From IMG/VR virus record IMGVR_UViG_3300031857_000028, positions 64,001-128,000 of that record: a stretch of 64,000 nt of DNA. One strand, 5' to 3'. Position numbers and translations under genes: made by a program. The notes under the pieces were generated by a model. That model had not been told where the DNA came from, searched no databases, and saw only the letters and a program-made list of their open reading frames with translations. Of the stretch, positions 45,522 to 55,933 are shown in pieces (the first letter of the stretch is position 1; the number at the start of each line of letters is the position of its first letter). The stretch comes from a virus.

Positions 45522-48037
45522 AATCGTAGAAGTTCTAAAGTTAAATTCACACGTTGTATAGTACTACTTGCCGACACATAAAATTTTAATGTATCATTTT
45601 TATTTATAGAGGCAGTCCATCCTGCTAATGACGATGATGTATTTTTCACACTTGCAGATATAAATGGTTTTTCTGATGCTACAATACTATTGGATGCCGT
45701 TGGTGGATATGTTGCATATGTACTTTTCCAAATATCAACTGTAATACTTCCCGACCTATCTGCAAGTAACGCCCATGATTGTATACTACCACTAAATGGA
45801 ATTAATATTTCTGCTTTTTCTCCGGTGGTTATTGCGGAGCCACCACCATCTATAATTATTCCAACCGTAGACGTTCTCATATTATTGGATAAATCTACTG
45901 TATAATTATTATTTGCCCCGCCATCGCTTGCAGAAAATCTACTTGATAACGATAAAACTCTTTCATTGGTGAGATTACTACTTTGCGAAAGGACTAAATA
46001 TTGCGATGACAAAGCAAATGCAGCACCATCAATATCGGCCAACGATGCAGAGCCGGTGATATAGGTACCACCTTCAGTAAATGCAAATGAGCCCGTTATA
46101 TTAAGACTGCCGGTAATAACAGCACTTCCAGTAAACGGAAATCCAGCCCCACTTCCACCATTTAATGCATACGATGCAGTAAATGCATAACTTGATGAAG
46201 CAACCGAACTACTATCAAACGGTGTGGTTTTTGAACCAACGAAATAGGTTGGAGTGGATAACGTCGATATACCAATAGAATTATTGTTAATATCTAAATA
46301 ATCTGCCTTGAACGTCAAAACTTTATTTCGATAATTTAAGTTTTGAAGTAGTGTATCCACTTCATCGGGACTAAAGAAGTCTTCAGTTGCAGTTTTTACG
46401 GAAATATTTGAAATACTCCACCAGCCCCCATACACTACGAATCGTATACCTACTATACTTGCATCTTTAATGTTTGGTATAAAATTAAACTGGGTATTTT
46501 CAAAATTTTGTTTTTTGAACGTTGCATTTGGTGTTAATGTTCCAATTAACTGTCCACGAGCATCGGGTGTAAGTATTCTAGAACCACTCGTTTCTTGAGT
46601 GATTAAATACACTTCCATAGAATAATCAGACTGTGCTAACTCCGTTGAGCCCGAGTACTTATTGGCAATTGCATCAAACGTTAATGTATATTCACTGTTC
46701 GGAAATAATCTAAGACTATTTGTAGACCTGTTACCAATAAAGTATGACACATTATTTACATACGAACTACCAACAATCTGCGGAGTTACATTTATTGCGT
46801 CCAGTAAGTCTACTTGCGAAGACGTAATTTTCGTAGTTATTAATGAAGATGAATTATAGTATGTTGGTAAGGTTGGTTCTATTTGATTTTTTTGCAATGA
46901 CATTGTGGCAGTATACCAATAGTCATCAACAAGTAAATTTCTATTAAATATACCGGTTGGTAAAACTGTACTGGAACTATCTACTGCAAATAATTCTGCC
47001 ACATCCGTGGTGATATCGCCTAATACAACATATTCACCAGGTTCTGCGGCAGGTTTATACGAAATTCTAATTTTATGAATTTCACCGGACAATGTACTTA
47101 GATTTACAATACGAATTTTTGCGTAAGATACATCATAAATCGTATTAGCTACCTCTAACCTATCGTACTCCAACGACAACGAGCCGCTTACCGTTACATT
47201 ACCAAGTTTATCAAGATTCGTAGTGTAAAGTGTACTACTACTAAAAAATCCATTCAGTATTAAGGTATTGTTATCGGTATATAATAGAGAACCATTACTT
47301 TCTGCAAGTTTACTATTGAAAATTTTCGTTATAGGTAACGATACATTTAAATTTTGAGAAACTCCGGGTGCTGAGTAGGACAGTGACCCAGTAATTCTAC
47401 CGTTTAAAAATTCCGACGAAAATTTTGATGCAGTGGTAGGACCAGTTATTTCTAATAGATACCCGTTTGGAAACACATTTAGATATGTGGGGTCAAATTT
47501 AATATCCAACGGTTCTTGTAATCGTTGTATAAACGCAGAATAACTGGGTTCTAGGTAGAATTTTTCCTCTACGACTAGTTGCGGTGGTTTTGCAAATCGA
47601 ATAGGAGTTTTGTTTTCAATTCGTGGTGAAATGATTACATCGGTAGTCCATCTCACATTAAATTTGTCACGCCACTCTGGTGGTATCGGTGTTCCGTTTT
47701 TGTAAAACTCTGCACATCCCAGTATTACGACCTTACCCGGTCCAATAGGCGTATCACTATATACTTCAATTTGTACCAATCTAGAGTTACCTTCAATAAA
47801 ATTCGACACCGGTGCACTATACACCGATGTCCCATCTTTATTCAAGATTTCTACTAATATTTTTGAGTTAGGTTTTAATATTCCAGCACCGGCAATAAGA
47901 AACGCGTTTCGACCACCGTAAAAATAACCGTCAAATTGGCTAATTTTAAAGTAGTCGGAACGTGTACCTTGGTCTTCAATTAATACATCGTATTTATGAA
48001 GATTTAAAGCTAATGTGGACTTTCTGGTTCTTGGCAT
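45518..48037 (-). CDS. Large virion/baseplate-associated protein
   Basis: 839 aa. C-terminal IIDGGGSAITTG..SGSITVDIWK fibre-type domain. Confidence 0.65.
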   Translation of the reverse strand: MPRTRKSTLALNLHKYDVLIEDQGTRSDYFKISQFDGYFYGGRNAFLIAGAGILKPNSKILVEILNKDGTSVYSAPVSNFIEGNSRLVQIEVYSDTPIGPGKVVILGCAEFYKNGTPIPPEWRDKFNVRWTTDVIISPRIENKTPIRFAKPPQLVVEEKFYLEPSYSAFIQRLQEPLDIKFDPTYLNVFPNGYLLEITGPTTASKFSSEFLNGRITGSLSYSAPGVSQNLNVSLPITKIFNSKLAESNGSLLYTDNNTLILNGFFSSSTLYTTNLDKLGNVTVSGSLSLEYDRLEVANTIYDVSYAKIRIVNLSTLSGEIHKIRISYKPAAEPGEYVVLGDITTDVAELFAVDSSSTVLPTGIFNRNLLVDDYWYTATMSLQKNQIEPTLPTYYNSSSLITTKITSSQVDLLDAINVTPQIVGSSYVNNVSYFIGNRSTNSLRLFPNSEYTLTFDAIANKYSGSTELAQSDYSMEVYLITQETSGSRILTPDARGQLIGTLTPNATFKKQNFENTQFNFIPNIKDASIVGIRFVVYGGWWSISNISVKTATEDFFSPDEVDTLLQNLNYRNKVLTFKADYLDINNNSIGISTLSTPTYFVGSKTTPFDSSSVASSSYAFTASYALNGGSGAGFPFTGSAVITGSLNITGSFAFTEGGTYITGSASLADIDGAAFALSSQYLVLSQSSNLTNERVLSLSSRFSASDGGANNNYTVDLSNNMRTSTVGIIIDGGGSAITTGEKAEILIPFSGSIQSWALLADRSGSITVDIWKSTYATYPPTASNSIVASEKPFISASVKNTSSSLAGWTASINKNDTLKFYVSASSTIQRVNLTLELLRL

Positions 48038-48049
48038 TCAGTATCCCAT

Positions 48050-51000
48050 TTATATAGATACACTGGAATATCCATCCTCTTTTTTAATTTCTATGAGGTT
48101 GTCTACCATGTCTCTTGCTGTATCTAAGTGACTTACTATAAGTATAGTGTCGAAATGAGATTTAAGTAAATTAAACAATATTTGCATAGAATGAAGATGG
48201 TCGGCATCAAGTACCCCAAATCCTTCGTCAATAATAAACATGTTGGACTTCGGAAGATTGCTTGCGTTCAGTAGAGCAACTCGGATTGCTAAACTAGTGA
48301 TAAATCGTTCCATACCTGAACTGTTTTCAAGTGGCCATATCCGATCGTTATCATATGATAATTTTCCGTTAATGTTCTTTCCATCCACCTCAAGTGACAC
48401 CGAAAAGTCAACAATCTGAGATAGGATATTATTGATTTCTGCTTCAATATTTGGTATTGCTTTACTCATCAAATCATATGGCACCCCGTCACGACCAACT
48501 GCCAGCATATAATGATTATATGCTTCATACGTAATTTCCAGTTCTTCAGCCTCTTTCAATTTATTTTTTAACTCAGTCTTCTTAGCATTAAGTACAGATA
48601 GGTCACCGTGTAATAAACGAAGTTCTCTGTCTATATTGGCAATATTTTGTTTGGTATCTGCAATATTACGATGTATTACTTGTAGTTCTTTCTCGACCGT
48701 CTGATTGTGTAGAATATTTTCTTCATTCGTCTTGTATACCGAAATTTCATCATGAATCTTACCCAACGAAATTTCCACCTTTTCCAAGGTATTTTTTGCG
48801 GTAACTAATACGTTTTTAGATTTTTCCACTTCTTGACCAAGTTCCACTAATTCCTTTTTGAGAACAAGTGCTTCTTCGTAAGAATCTTTATTCCACGCAT
48901 GTTCCGAACATTCCGTAGCAATAGTTCGAATTGCATCTTCCTCAATAATTCGTTCAGCATACAAGTTATCTAACTCTTCGTTGGTCAACTTAACGTCTTC
49001 AATAACAGAACGATTATTTTCTACACAGACATCACAGTTTGGATTATACTTATATGCTTCCAATTTTGTCTTAAACAATGTCTTTTCTTGAATCTTAGTA
49101 TTCAATACACGAATACTATTATTTTTCTTCTTAGACAACTCATTTAACTCATTCCACTTGTCAAATGATACTTGTAAGGCAACCATATCATAATCATTGA
49201 AATGTGTGGTGGCTTCCTTCAAATCGGTTTCACTGGAAATTAATGCGTATTCCGCAATAGCAACATCTTCCTGAGCAGTCTTTAATTTCTTTTCAGTAGT
49301 TACTAATCTATTTTGTAAGTCAGTCCAATTACCCGAAGTCTCTGGAACCGGTCGCTTGGTTGCATATTTCTCCTTATACTGGGTTTCTATATCTGATAAT
49401 GTCTGTACAAACGTTTCCTTCCCCGATTCAAATTCATCAATTCTATCGGTGACTTTTACAAGATTTTGATGCACGTCCGCCAGTTGGTCTGTTACATCAG
49501 ACTTCTTAAACCGTTTGAGAATGCCCGTGATTTCTTTTGCTTCATCATGTGCAGCATCAAATAATTTATCAAAGATATTCAATCCCATAAACTGAATGAG
49601 TAGGTCTTTCCGTTCAGAATGTGACTTGTCAATAAAGAGCGCATTACTATTCTGACTACTCAACGCAGTCATGACAAAATCTTCATAGGTTCCGACATAT
49701 GAACGAATATTAGCATTCGTATCACGACGGTCTTCTCCGTTTAAATTCTGCTGACTTCCATCGGGTAATATCTTCCAGAACGAGGCATCTACCTTTACAT
49801 CGCCATTTTTCTTACGAGTTCCGACGCGTTTAATACCAAACGTTTCATGATTAATTTCAAAGGCAAGTTCACAGGTAAATGAATCTTTACGATTGTTTAG
49901 AATATGGTCACCCTTAAATGCTCTCGGGGTCTTGTCGTATAAACAAAACATGAGTGCATCCATAATAGAACTCTTTCCAGAGGCATTTGCAGCAAAAATT
50001 CCATACAATCCTTTCATGTCAGAGAAATTAATTTCATTATCTTCCCCGTATGAAAACATGTTAGAAAACTTAAAGAGTAGTGGGCGCCAATGAATATTTC
50101 GGGATTGGTCATCATGAACAATTTTGGAATTCAAATCTTTATTAATTTGTTCTATTGCTTTCAATACAGTATCATCCAACGTACTATATTTCTGTGCCAA
50201 CCAATCATTGATTAACGTATTCTGTAACGAAACGTTTGTTAAATCTAATATATCATGTGACTGAATTGTACTTGTGTTCACGTTTGACGGCTTTCTATTC
50301 TTATTGACCGACATTTCGATGATGTTGTACTTATTACGAAGTGTTGTAATGAGTTTCTTAACTTCCGTAGTATCCATATCTCCCGTGAACAATCTCACTC
50401 TAGCATTCTTAGGCATGTTCGATGGGTATGTAATACGTGAGTTATATACTTCAAGTGTTACATATCCATAATCGTTTTCTAATGGGACAAACTCAAATGA
50501 CCGTGCCGCAACATTCCACAAACACCACCCGTGTGGGTCCAGTGTTTCGCCGTGGTTCTGTTGAATAAGTGAACCAGGATACACGATAATTGGATTACGT
50601 TCTTTAAGAACCTGCGACGGCTTGTGAATATCTCCAAGTAATACCATATCAAATCCATCAAATGTAGAAATATTTACATGACGGTTTGTAATCGTAAAGT
50701 TTGCATCAGTCACAGCACCATGAACTGGTCCGTGATATAATGCAATTTTATGTGGAGTGTTTAGTTCTGTTGCAACTGGCCACGTATCATGCTCGTCAAA
50801 AATAGACATGACAGCAAACTGTGTATCGGCCACTGTTACAATTGCAGAATCCTTAACATAATATAACTGTGGGTGCTGGAGATTATTCACTAGTGGAGTC
50901 AATGCATCCATACGATTAGTATTTGCTAAATTACAGTCATGATTACCGGCAATCAAAATCGTTGGAGCAATATCTGCAATATTTTTCAAGAAACGAGAGG

Positions 51001-51214
51001 TAATTTCAACCATTTCTGGACTCATGTCCGTCTTTGCATGAACGATGTCGCCGGCTAATACGATGACGAAATCTTCTAGTTGCTTCGAACGAATGTCACT
51101 ATACAGTCGTTCGAATGCAAGTTCGTATTCCTCGTGACGACGAAACAATCGAATATGAATATCTGCTAGATGTACAATATGTCGTAATTTTGTAAATGGA
51201 ACATTTATTTTCAT
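48050..51214 (-). CDS. Fused Mre11/SbcD nuclease and Rad50/SbcC ATPase (gp47-gp46 fusion)
   Basis: 1054 aa. DIH, GDIVH, GNHD and GDIH phosphoesterase motifs. Walker A ANASGKSS, CDVC zinc hook, SSGME signature, IIDEGFGVLD Walker B, SH. Confidence 0.92.
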   Translation of the reverse strand: MKINVPFTKLRHIVHLADIHIRLFRRHEEYELAFERLYSDIRSKQLEDFVIVLAGDIVHAKTDMSPEMVEITSRFLKNIADIAPTILIAGNHDCNLANTNRMDALTPLVNNLQHPQLYYVKDSAIVTVADTQFAVMSIFDEHDTWPVATELNTPHKIALYHGPVHGAVTDANFTITNRHVNISTFDGFDMVLLGDIHKPSQVLKERNPIIVYPGSLIQQNHGETLDPHGWCLWNVAARSFEFVPLENDYGYVTLEVYNSRITYPSNMPKNARVRLFTGDMDTTEVKKLITTLRNKYNIIEMSVNKNRKPSNVNTSTIQSHDILDLTNVSLQNTLINDWLAQKYSTLDDTVLKAIEQINKDLNSKIVHDDQSRNIHWRPLLFKFSNMFSYGEDNEINFSDMKGLYGIFAANASGKSSIMDALMFCLYDKTPRAFKGDHILNNRKDSFTCELAFEINHETFGIKRVGTRKKNGDVKVDASFWKILPDGSQQNLNGEDRRDTNANIRSYVGTYEDFVMTALSSQNSNALFIDKSHSERKDLLIQFMGLNIFDKLFDAAHDEAKEITGILKRFKKSDVTDQLADVHQNLVKVTDRIDEFESGKETFVQTLSDIETQYKEKYATKRPVPETSGNWTDLQNRLVTTEKKLKTAQEDVAIAEYALISSETDLKEATTHFNDYDMVALQVSFDKWNELNELSKKKNNSIRVLNTKIQEKTLFKTKLEAYKYNPNCDVCVENNRSVIEDVKLTNEELDNLYAERIIEEDAIRTIATECSEHAWNKDSYEEALVLKKELVELGQEVEKSKNVLVTAKNTLEKVEISLGKIHDEISVYKTNEENILHNQTVEKELQVIHRNIADTKQNIANIDRELRLLHGDLSVLNAKKTELKNKLKEAEELEITYEAYNHYMLAVGRDGVPYDLMSKAIPNIEAEINNILSQIVDFSVSLEVDGKNINGKLSYDNDRIWPLENSSGMERFITSLAIRVALLNASNLPKSNMFIIDEGFGVLDADHLHSMQILFNLLKSHFDTILIVSHLDTARDMVDNLIEIKKEDGYSSVSI

Positions 51215-52113
51215 TTAAATAACCCGTGCGTAATAAATTCTTTAAAATTTGTTTGCTTGGCATAAGAAATTTCTTCCCACGCTTGTTCAAATCCCATATC
51301 ACTTGCATCTTTACCTTGTGTAAAAACTACACGAACATTTATATTATGTGTCAATAATCGTCGTTCTAACTTTAACGCATCGGTTCGTGCATCTTCGTCA
51401 AGAAAAATAATAACATCTTTAACATGATGTTCAATCAAGGCCTTTTCTAATACCTTTGGTATATTTTTGCCAAGTAATGGAATCACATTTCTACGCAATG
51501 TGATTGCGTCAAACATCCCTTCGCATAAAATTATTGGTTCATTCCAATCCACCATATTTTCAAAACATATAATGTTTTTACTCACAGGTGGATTTTTATA
51601 TTTCATTCCTTCGTCGTAGAAGAGTCGGGCGGTGAAGTAATTGAGCTGATGGTTCCTATCATATGAAGGAAGTATAATTCGATTAGCATACGGGCCTTCT
51701 GTGCAAAATCCGATACGGTATCGTAGAATGTCATTTGCGGTAATTCCTCGTTGTTTTAAGTAACTAATTGCGTGGTAATATGAATAATTTTTTTCTACTT
51801 TCCACAGTGGTTTGTATTCATATGGCAGCTGTAATGTTGTTTCTACTGTGGTAGTTTTGTACTTCTGAATCTCTACTTCACCTAGTTCTTCTTTAAATTT
51901 TTGTAGTAACGCTTTGGCAACATTTAGTTTTTTTAATAACCAAATAATATGTCCACCTTTACTACCGCACACCCAGCATTTCCATTTGTTGGTTAAAATA
52001 TTAATTGATAATTTCTTTTTTGGATGTGAACAAAAAGGACAAGTAAATAAATACTCGTCCTTTTGTTGAATATAACTACCTAATAGTTCTTGGAGAAGTG
52101 TAAGTATCATCAT
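51211..52113 (-). CDS. DNA primase (DnaG-like, Zn finger plus TOPRIM)
   Basis: 300 aa. CPFC..CWVC, YLKQRGI, KYKNP, CEGMFDA and FLDED motifs. Confidence 0.9.
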   Translation of the reverse strand: MMILTLLQELLGSYIQQKDEYLFTCPFCSHPKKKLSINILTNKWKCWVCGSKGGHIIWLLKKLNVAKALLQKFKEELGEVEIQKYKTTTVETTLQLPYEYKPLWKVEKNYSYYHAISYLKQRGITANDILRYRIGFCTEGPYANRIILPSYDRNHQLNYFTARLFYDEGMKYKNPPVSKNIICFENMVDWNEPIILCEGMFDAITLRRNVIPLLGKNIPKVLEKALIEHHVKDVIIFLDEDARTDALKLERRLLTHNINVRVVFTQGKDASDMGFEQAWEEISYAKQTNFKEFITHGLFK

Positions 52114-52134
52114 ACTTACAAGTTAACAACAACA

Positions 52135-52494
52135 TTAATTTTTGTCAAGTTGTTGGAGACGGTTTATCAACTCAAAAAAATGTTCTGCATCCATTGCCAC
52201 ATACATCTTGGTACGGTTTCTTTTAAAGAATAGTACGGGTGCTGTCCCTTCTTTAGTATTTTTTTCTGCCTGTTCCAACGATGCCCAAATATTCAATTTT
52301 TCTTGATTTTTACATTCGGGGGAATACGGGAACACTTTCCGTGCTGCAGGGCTTAGTTTGATATCCGTCCCCGAGTCTCCCATCAGCGTAGAAACTACGT
52401 CATCTGGTTCTAATTGCGGAAAGTGTTCCAGTATTAAATCACGGAGAGCGTTTTGTAAACGCTTTCCTTTATTTTTTGCGGAGCGAGTTTTCAT
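52135..52494 (-). CDS. Holliday-junction resolvase-like PD-(D/E)xK nuclease
   Basis: 119 aa. SAKNKGKRLQ, MGDSGTDI and ECKNQE motifs. Confidence 0.75.
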   Translation of the reverse strand: MKTRSAKNKGKRLQNALRDLILEHFPQLEPDDVVSTLMGDSGTDIKLSPAARKVFPYSPECKNQEKLNIWASLEQAEKNTKEGTAPVLFFKRNRTKMYVAMDAEHFFELINRLQQLDKN

Positions 52495-52514
52495 ATAACC
52501 TCTTTATAAATTAA

Positions 52515-53018
52515 TTAACCCTGTGAACCACGTACACTCGTACTCGTTGCACTGGACACAACTCTAGTGTTTGCCCATACGTTCAATCCTGGGTCGGACT
52601 TTCCACCTGCAAATTGTTTTCCTTTTAATGGCGCATATTTGTGTAATTTAGAACCGTCAGGTGTCCATCTACCTGCAGTATCTTTAAATTCGGTAAAGCG
52701 TGTATTTCCAAAATACCCGGCTGACAGTTTTGCTGGACCCTTGCCTTCAAATGCAATCTTTAATGCATCGGCTTTCCATCTACTAAGTGGATATGTGCTA
52801 TTATTAGTAGCTGCAGGAGTTACATTTTTTCCTTCTTTGTTTTCAACAAATTCACCTTGCCATACGTCATTCGTTCCTTCGTATAATGGATTCCACGGAC
52901 CACGACCCGTTCCATCAAAAAAGTTTACACCCTTTCTTCCATCAGATGTTCCCAAGGCTTTTGCTTCACTAATTGTAGCCGAGGTAGACTTGTCATATAA
53001 TTCTTTTAAAGTTGCCAT
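52515..53018 (-). CDS. Hypothetical protein
   Basis: Likely start ATG 53018 (MATLKELY) with SD GGAGA. Confidence 0.6.
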   Translation of the reverse strand: MATLKELYDKSTSATISEAKALGTSDGRKGVNFFDGTGRGPWNPLYEGTNDVWQGEFVENKEGKNVTPAATNNSTYPLSRWKADALKIAFEGKGPAKLSAGYFGNTRFTEFKDTAGRWTPDGSKLHKYAPLKGKQFAGGKSDPGLNVWANTRVVSSATSTSVRGSQG

Positions 53019-53035
53019 ACTATTCTCCAAAAATA

Positions 53036-53968
53036 TTAGGTATCAAACCTAATAATAAATATCTGGTTAATGTCAAAAGTGCGTTGTATTGGATTGGCTA
53101 ATTTTGCAACTGCCACCAATTCATATTTATCATTGTACAATCCAATTGTTGTTACATACGGTTTTATTATTTTTGAAGCCATTAGATTGTATAAACTGTA
53201 TCCATTACTACCACTAGTTGGATTAATATTATTTTGCGTTAATGATGCAGTTAATTCTCCATTTATTTCATATACATTTTTCATAGATGGATTGAATACC
53301 GATATATTATAGTCAGTCGGTTTTAATGTCACGACGGTTTCATGTCGATGATATTTAACATCACTCTCATAGTCTAGGTATAGAATAGAACTGCTTATTA
53401 ATTTTAATCCATTCAAACCAATTTCAGTAGTTATAGAACCCGTATCATGTTTGACTACTGCAATACCGTTTGAATAAAAGATATTACCCACATACGAACC
53501 TGTTCCAGATTGGCTTACGTACAAATTACCAAACGAATCATCCGACACGGCCTTTCCTATTTCATCTATAGTTAAAGAAAAGCTTCCAGGCTTAATTCTA
53601 TCACCATAAAATGATTGTCCCACACTAATAACGAATACATCATCTGGAAGTCCACTAATACTTGATGACGTAATCGTTCCATGTGTATAAAAATATCCTC
53701 GGTCATAAAAAAGATGTTTTATAGATTTATGTAAAGAATATTCTAAAAACCCAGTGTCAGGATTTTGAGTTCCCTGCACTACCTTATCTGATGCATCAAA
53801 TTCTGCATTTAAGTTTGCGCGATTTACAATAACTGCTCCTTGTAAAAACTCAGGAGAAGTTATTTCCATACCATATGAGGAGGATACCAACTGCCATGAC
53901 ATAGGAGTTGAACTATATACTTCTTGAACAAAATAATCTTTTTTATTTATTGTACCAAACATTTTCAT
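53036..53968 (-). CDS. Baseplate/tail structural protein, paralog of 54055-55227
   Basis: 310 aa. GDRIKPGSF and PYVTTIGLYNDKYELVAVAKL motifs. Confidence 0.65.
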   Translation of the reverse strand: MKMFGTINKKDYFVQEVYSSTPMSWQLVSSSYGMEITSPEFLQGAVIVNRANLNAEFDASDKVVQGTQNPDTGFLEYSLHKSIKHLFYDRGYFYTHGTITSSSISGLPDDVFVISVGQSFYGDRIKPGSFSLTIDEIGKAVSDDSFGNLYVSQSGTGSYVGNIFYSNGIAVVKHDTGSITTEIGLNGLKLISSSILYLDYESDVKYHRHETVVTLKPTDYNISVFNPSMKNVYEINGELTASLTQNNINPTSGSNGYSLYNLMASKIIKPYVTTIGLYNDKYELVAVAKLANPIQRTFDINQIFIIRFDT

Positions 53969-53984
53969 AATTTATTTCTCAACG

Positions 53985-54035
53985 AATAACTGACCATTCC
54001 CTATATACCTAGTATATAAGTAATGGTCAGTTATT
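53985..54035. repeat. Long inverted repeat containing a promoter-like motif
   Basis: AATAACTGACCATT / AATGGTCAGTTATT perfect 14-bp arms plus an inner TATATAC/GTATATA stem. Confidence 0.8.
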
Positions 54036-54054
54036 TTCTGTGTCTTGTTATTGA

Positions 54055-55227
54055 TTAAAAATCAAGACGTACACGAAGTAGAACTTCTTCATCGAAGCTC
54101 TTTGGAACTGGTTTACTTAATTTTGCAACCGCCAATAATTCGTTTTGATTATTATACAATCCTACCGTCGTGATGTATACTTTAGGATTATTCTTAAAAT
54201 CCGCATACAACAATGAACCGTTGTCAGGATTGTAGAATGTCGGATTATTTGAATAGTTATACGATTTATTTCTTAATCGCACGAAATAGTGCGTCGATGA
54301 AATAGTTTCTGCAGAACGCGCTTTGAACGCTTTTCCTGTCTTAGTTGCTAAATTTAATGAAATAAATAGTCCAGCGTGATTAAACGCAGATTTTTCCACC
54401 CCGTAGGTTATACCAGCGGAATGTGTAGTTGGTGCCATCGGACGAGTACTAGTAATTTTATTTGCCGAGAAAATTGAACTACTGTAGTATGGCGTGGATA
54501 GTGCCACCGTGTTTGGTCCAGTAGTCGTACCCGAAGTGTTATTGAAAAATCCTACATCTGGACAAATTGCTGTTGGATTAAGGACGATGATTCCCAAATC
54601 AGGATATACTATACCATAACCAGAACCACTGTATGCAGTGGAGGAGGTTACCGAACCAGCCGAACCATCTAATGCACCAGAAATAATTGCATATGCACGA
54701 CCTGCTTTTGTCGTGGATGTTAATGTCGAACTGAGACGTGCTTCGCCACTGTTATCAATATACGTACGAATTCCGTTTGCACCCGACAACGGAAGTTCCC
54801 AGTTACCCGGATCTAACTGCTCACGCATACGTGCTCGTTGAATATTAATTACATAAATATGGTCAGACTCAACACCATTAAATGTAAACTTTGTATCGCT
54901 TGGGTCTAATAATAAATTTCTATATTGACTATAAATTGCCTTAGAAGATAACGTGGAAGTTTGATTTTCGGCCAATCCAGGTGAACCGCCACCGTTAATG
55001 TGTCCGTATGCAATGGAAAATTGTACTTCTGCATTTGCAGCCGATTCACTTGGACTCAAATTATACACATCAAAATAATATTCTTTACTGAATGGAATTT
55101 GATTTTGCGTGTCAATGTATAGTTCCGATGTTAACGACCCCGTATCACTGGACCACAACCCAGTTGTCACCACCGTTGGATATGCCCGTACGATATCGTC
55201 TGTTGAGAGTGCTGTATAGATACTCAT
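54055..55227 (-). CDS. Baseplate/tail structural protein
   Basis: 390 aa. EQLDPGNW, YNYSNNPTF and VYITTVGLYNNQNELLAVAKLSKP motifs. Confidence 0.7.
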   Translation of the reverse strand: MSIYTALSTDDIVRAYPTVVTTGLWSSDTGSLTSELYIDTQNQIPFSKEYYFDVYNLSPSESAANAEVQFSIAYGHINGGGSPGLAENQTSTLSSKAIYSQYRNLLLDPSDTKFTFNGVESDHIYVINIQRARMREQLDPGNWELPLSGANGIRTYIDNSGEARLSSTLTSTTKAGRAYAIISGALDGSAGSVTSSTAYSGSGYGIVYPDLGIIVLNPTAICPDVGFFNNTSGTTTGPNTVALSTPYYSSSIFSANKITSTRPMAPTTHSAGITYGVEKSAFNHAGLFISLNLATKTGKAFKARSAETISSTHYFVRLRNKSYNYSNNPTFYNPDNGSLLYADFKNNPKVYITTVGLYNNQNELLAVAKLSKPVPKSFDEEVLLRVRLDF

Positions 55228-55239
55228 ATGTATTTCCTA

Positions 55240-55881
55240 TTAGGTAGTAGTTGCTGGATTAATTATAACTGGGATGGTTATAGTTGCCCCGGTTTGATTT
55301 CCTATAATTACCAACTGCGTTTCAGTTCTACGAGTTACGTCACGGGGTCTAATTGTAAAATCTAATCCTCGTACAACAACTGCATTGGTCATTGGAATAT
55401 CACCAAAGAATACTGGTACGGTACTCGTTCCTGGTACTGGCGTACTACTTATCGTGGCTGCTTCAGCATCATATAATATTGCCGTGTATCCAAACGATGG
55501 GCCGTTTAATGTACCTTCGCTAGTGGTGGGGGTTATAGGGAACGAAGGATTACTTGTATTACTGTACGTAAGCGTAATTGCAGACGTTCCAACTTGTATC
55601 GTTGGAATTGAATTTGTTCCTCTATTTAATGTCACCAATTTATATCGTAGATTTTGCGTTTCATCTGGCGATGCTTCAACAATTGGCATTCGTTCAATTG
55701 CACTACCATAATATGCTGTTCCAAGCGGATGTGCCGTGTCATATAATCCATAATCTATTTCATCATCCGCAACCGCAAACTGCGTAACATCGAAAGCAGA
55801 CCGGCCCATTGCCAACAACTCTCTACCTTTTTTTGTTAAAATAGCATCCACGGTAATTTCATTTCCCGTTAAATATCCCAT
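55240..55881 (-). CDS. Baseplate/tail structural protein
   Basis: 213 aa. ITVDAILTKKGRELLA..TQFAVADDEIDY. SD GGAG. Confidence 0.7.
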   Translation of the reverse strand: MGYLTGNEITVDAILTKKGRELLAMGRSAFDVTQFAVADDEIDYGLYDTAHPLGTAYYGSAIERMPIVEASPDETQNLRYKLVTLNRGTNSIPTIQVGTSAITLTYSNTSNPSFPITPTTSEGTLNGPSFGYTAILYDAEAATISSTPVPGTSTVPVFFGDIPMTNAVVVRGLDFTIRPRDVTRRTETQLVIIGNQTGATITIPVIINPATTT

Positions 55882-55911
55882 ATGTGTAAACTCCGATTAT
55901 GAAAGGTCTAA

Positions 55912-55919
55912 TATAAATA
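55912..55919 (-). promoter_or_regulatory. Putative late promoter motif (sense strand TATTTATA)
   Basis: About 31 nt upstream of the ATG at 55881. Confidence 0.6.
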
Positions 55920-55933
55920 TATAGTCATAAAAA

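Noticed and set aside
31033-52113. Inteins or introns in terminase, primase or Mre11-Rad50
   Set aside because: Lengths and motif spacing are normal, with no intein splice motifs or frame breaks seen.
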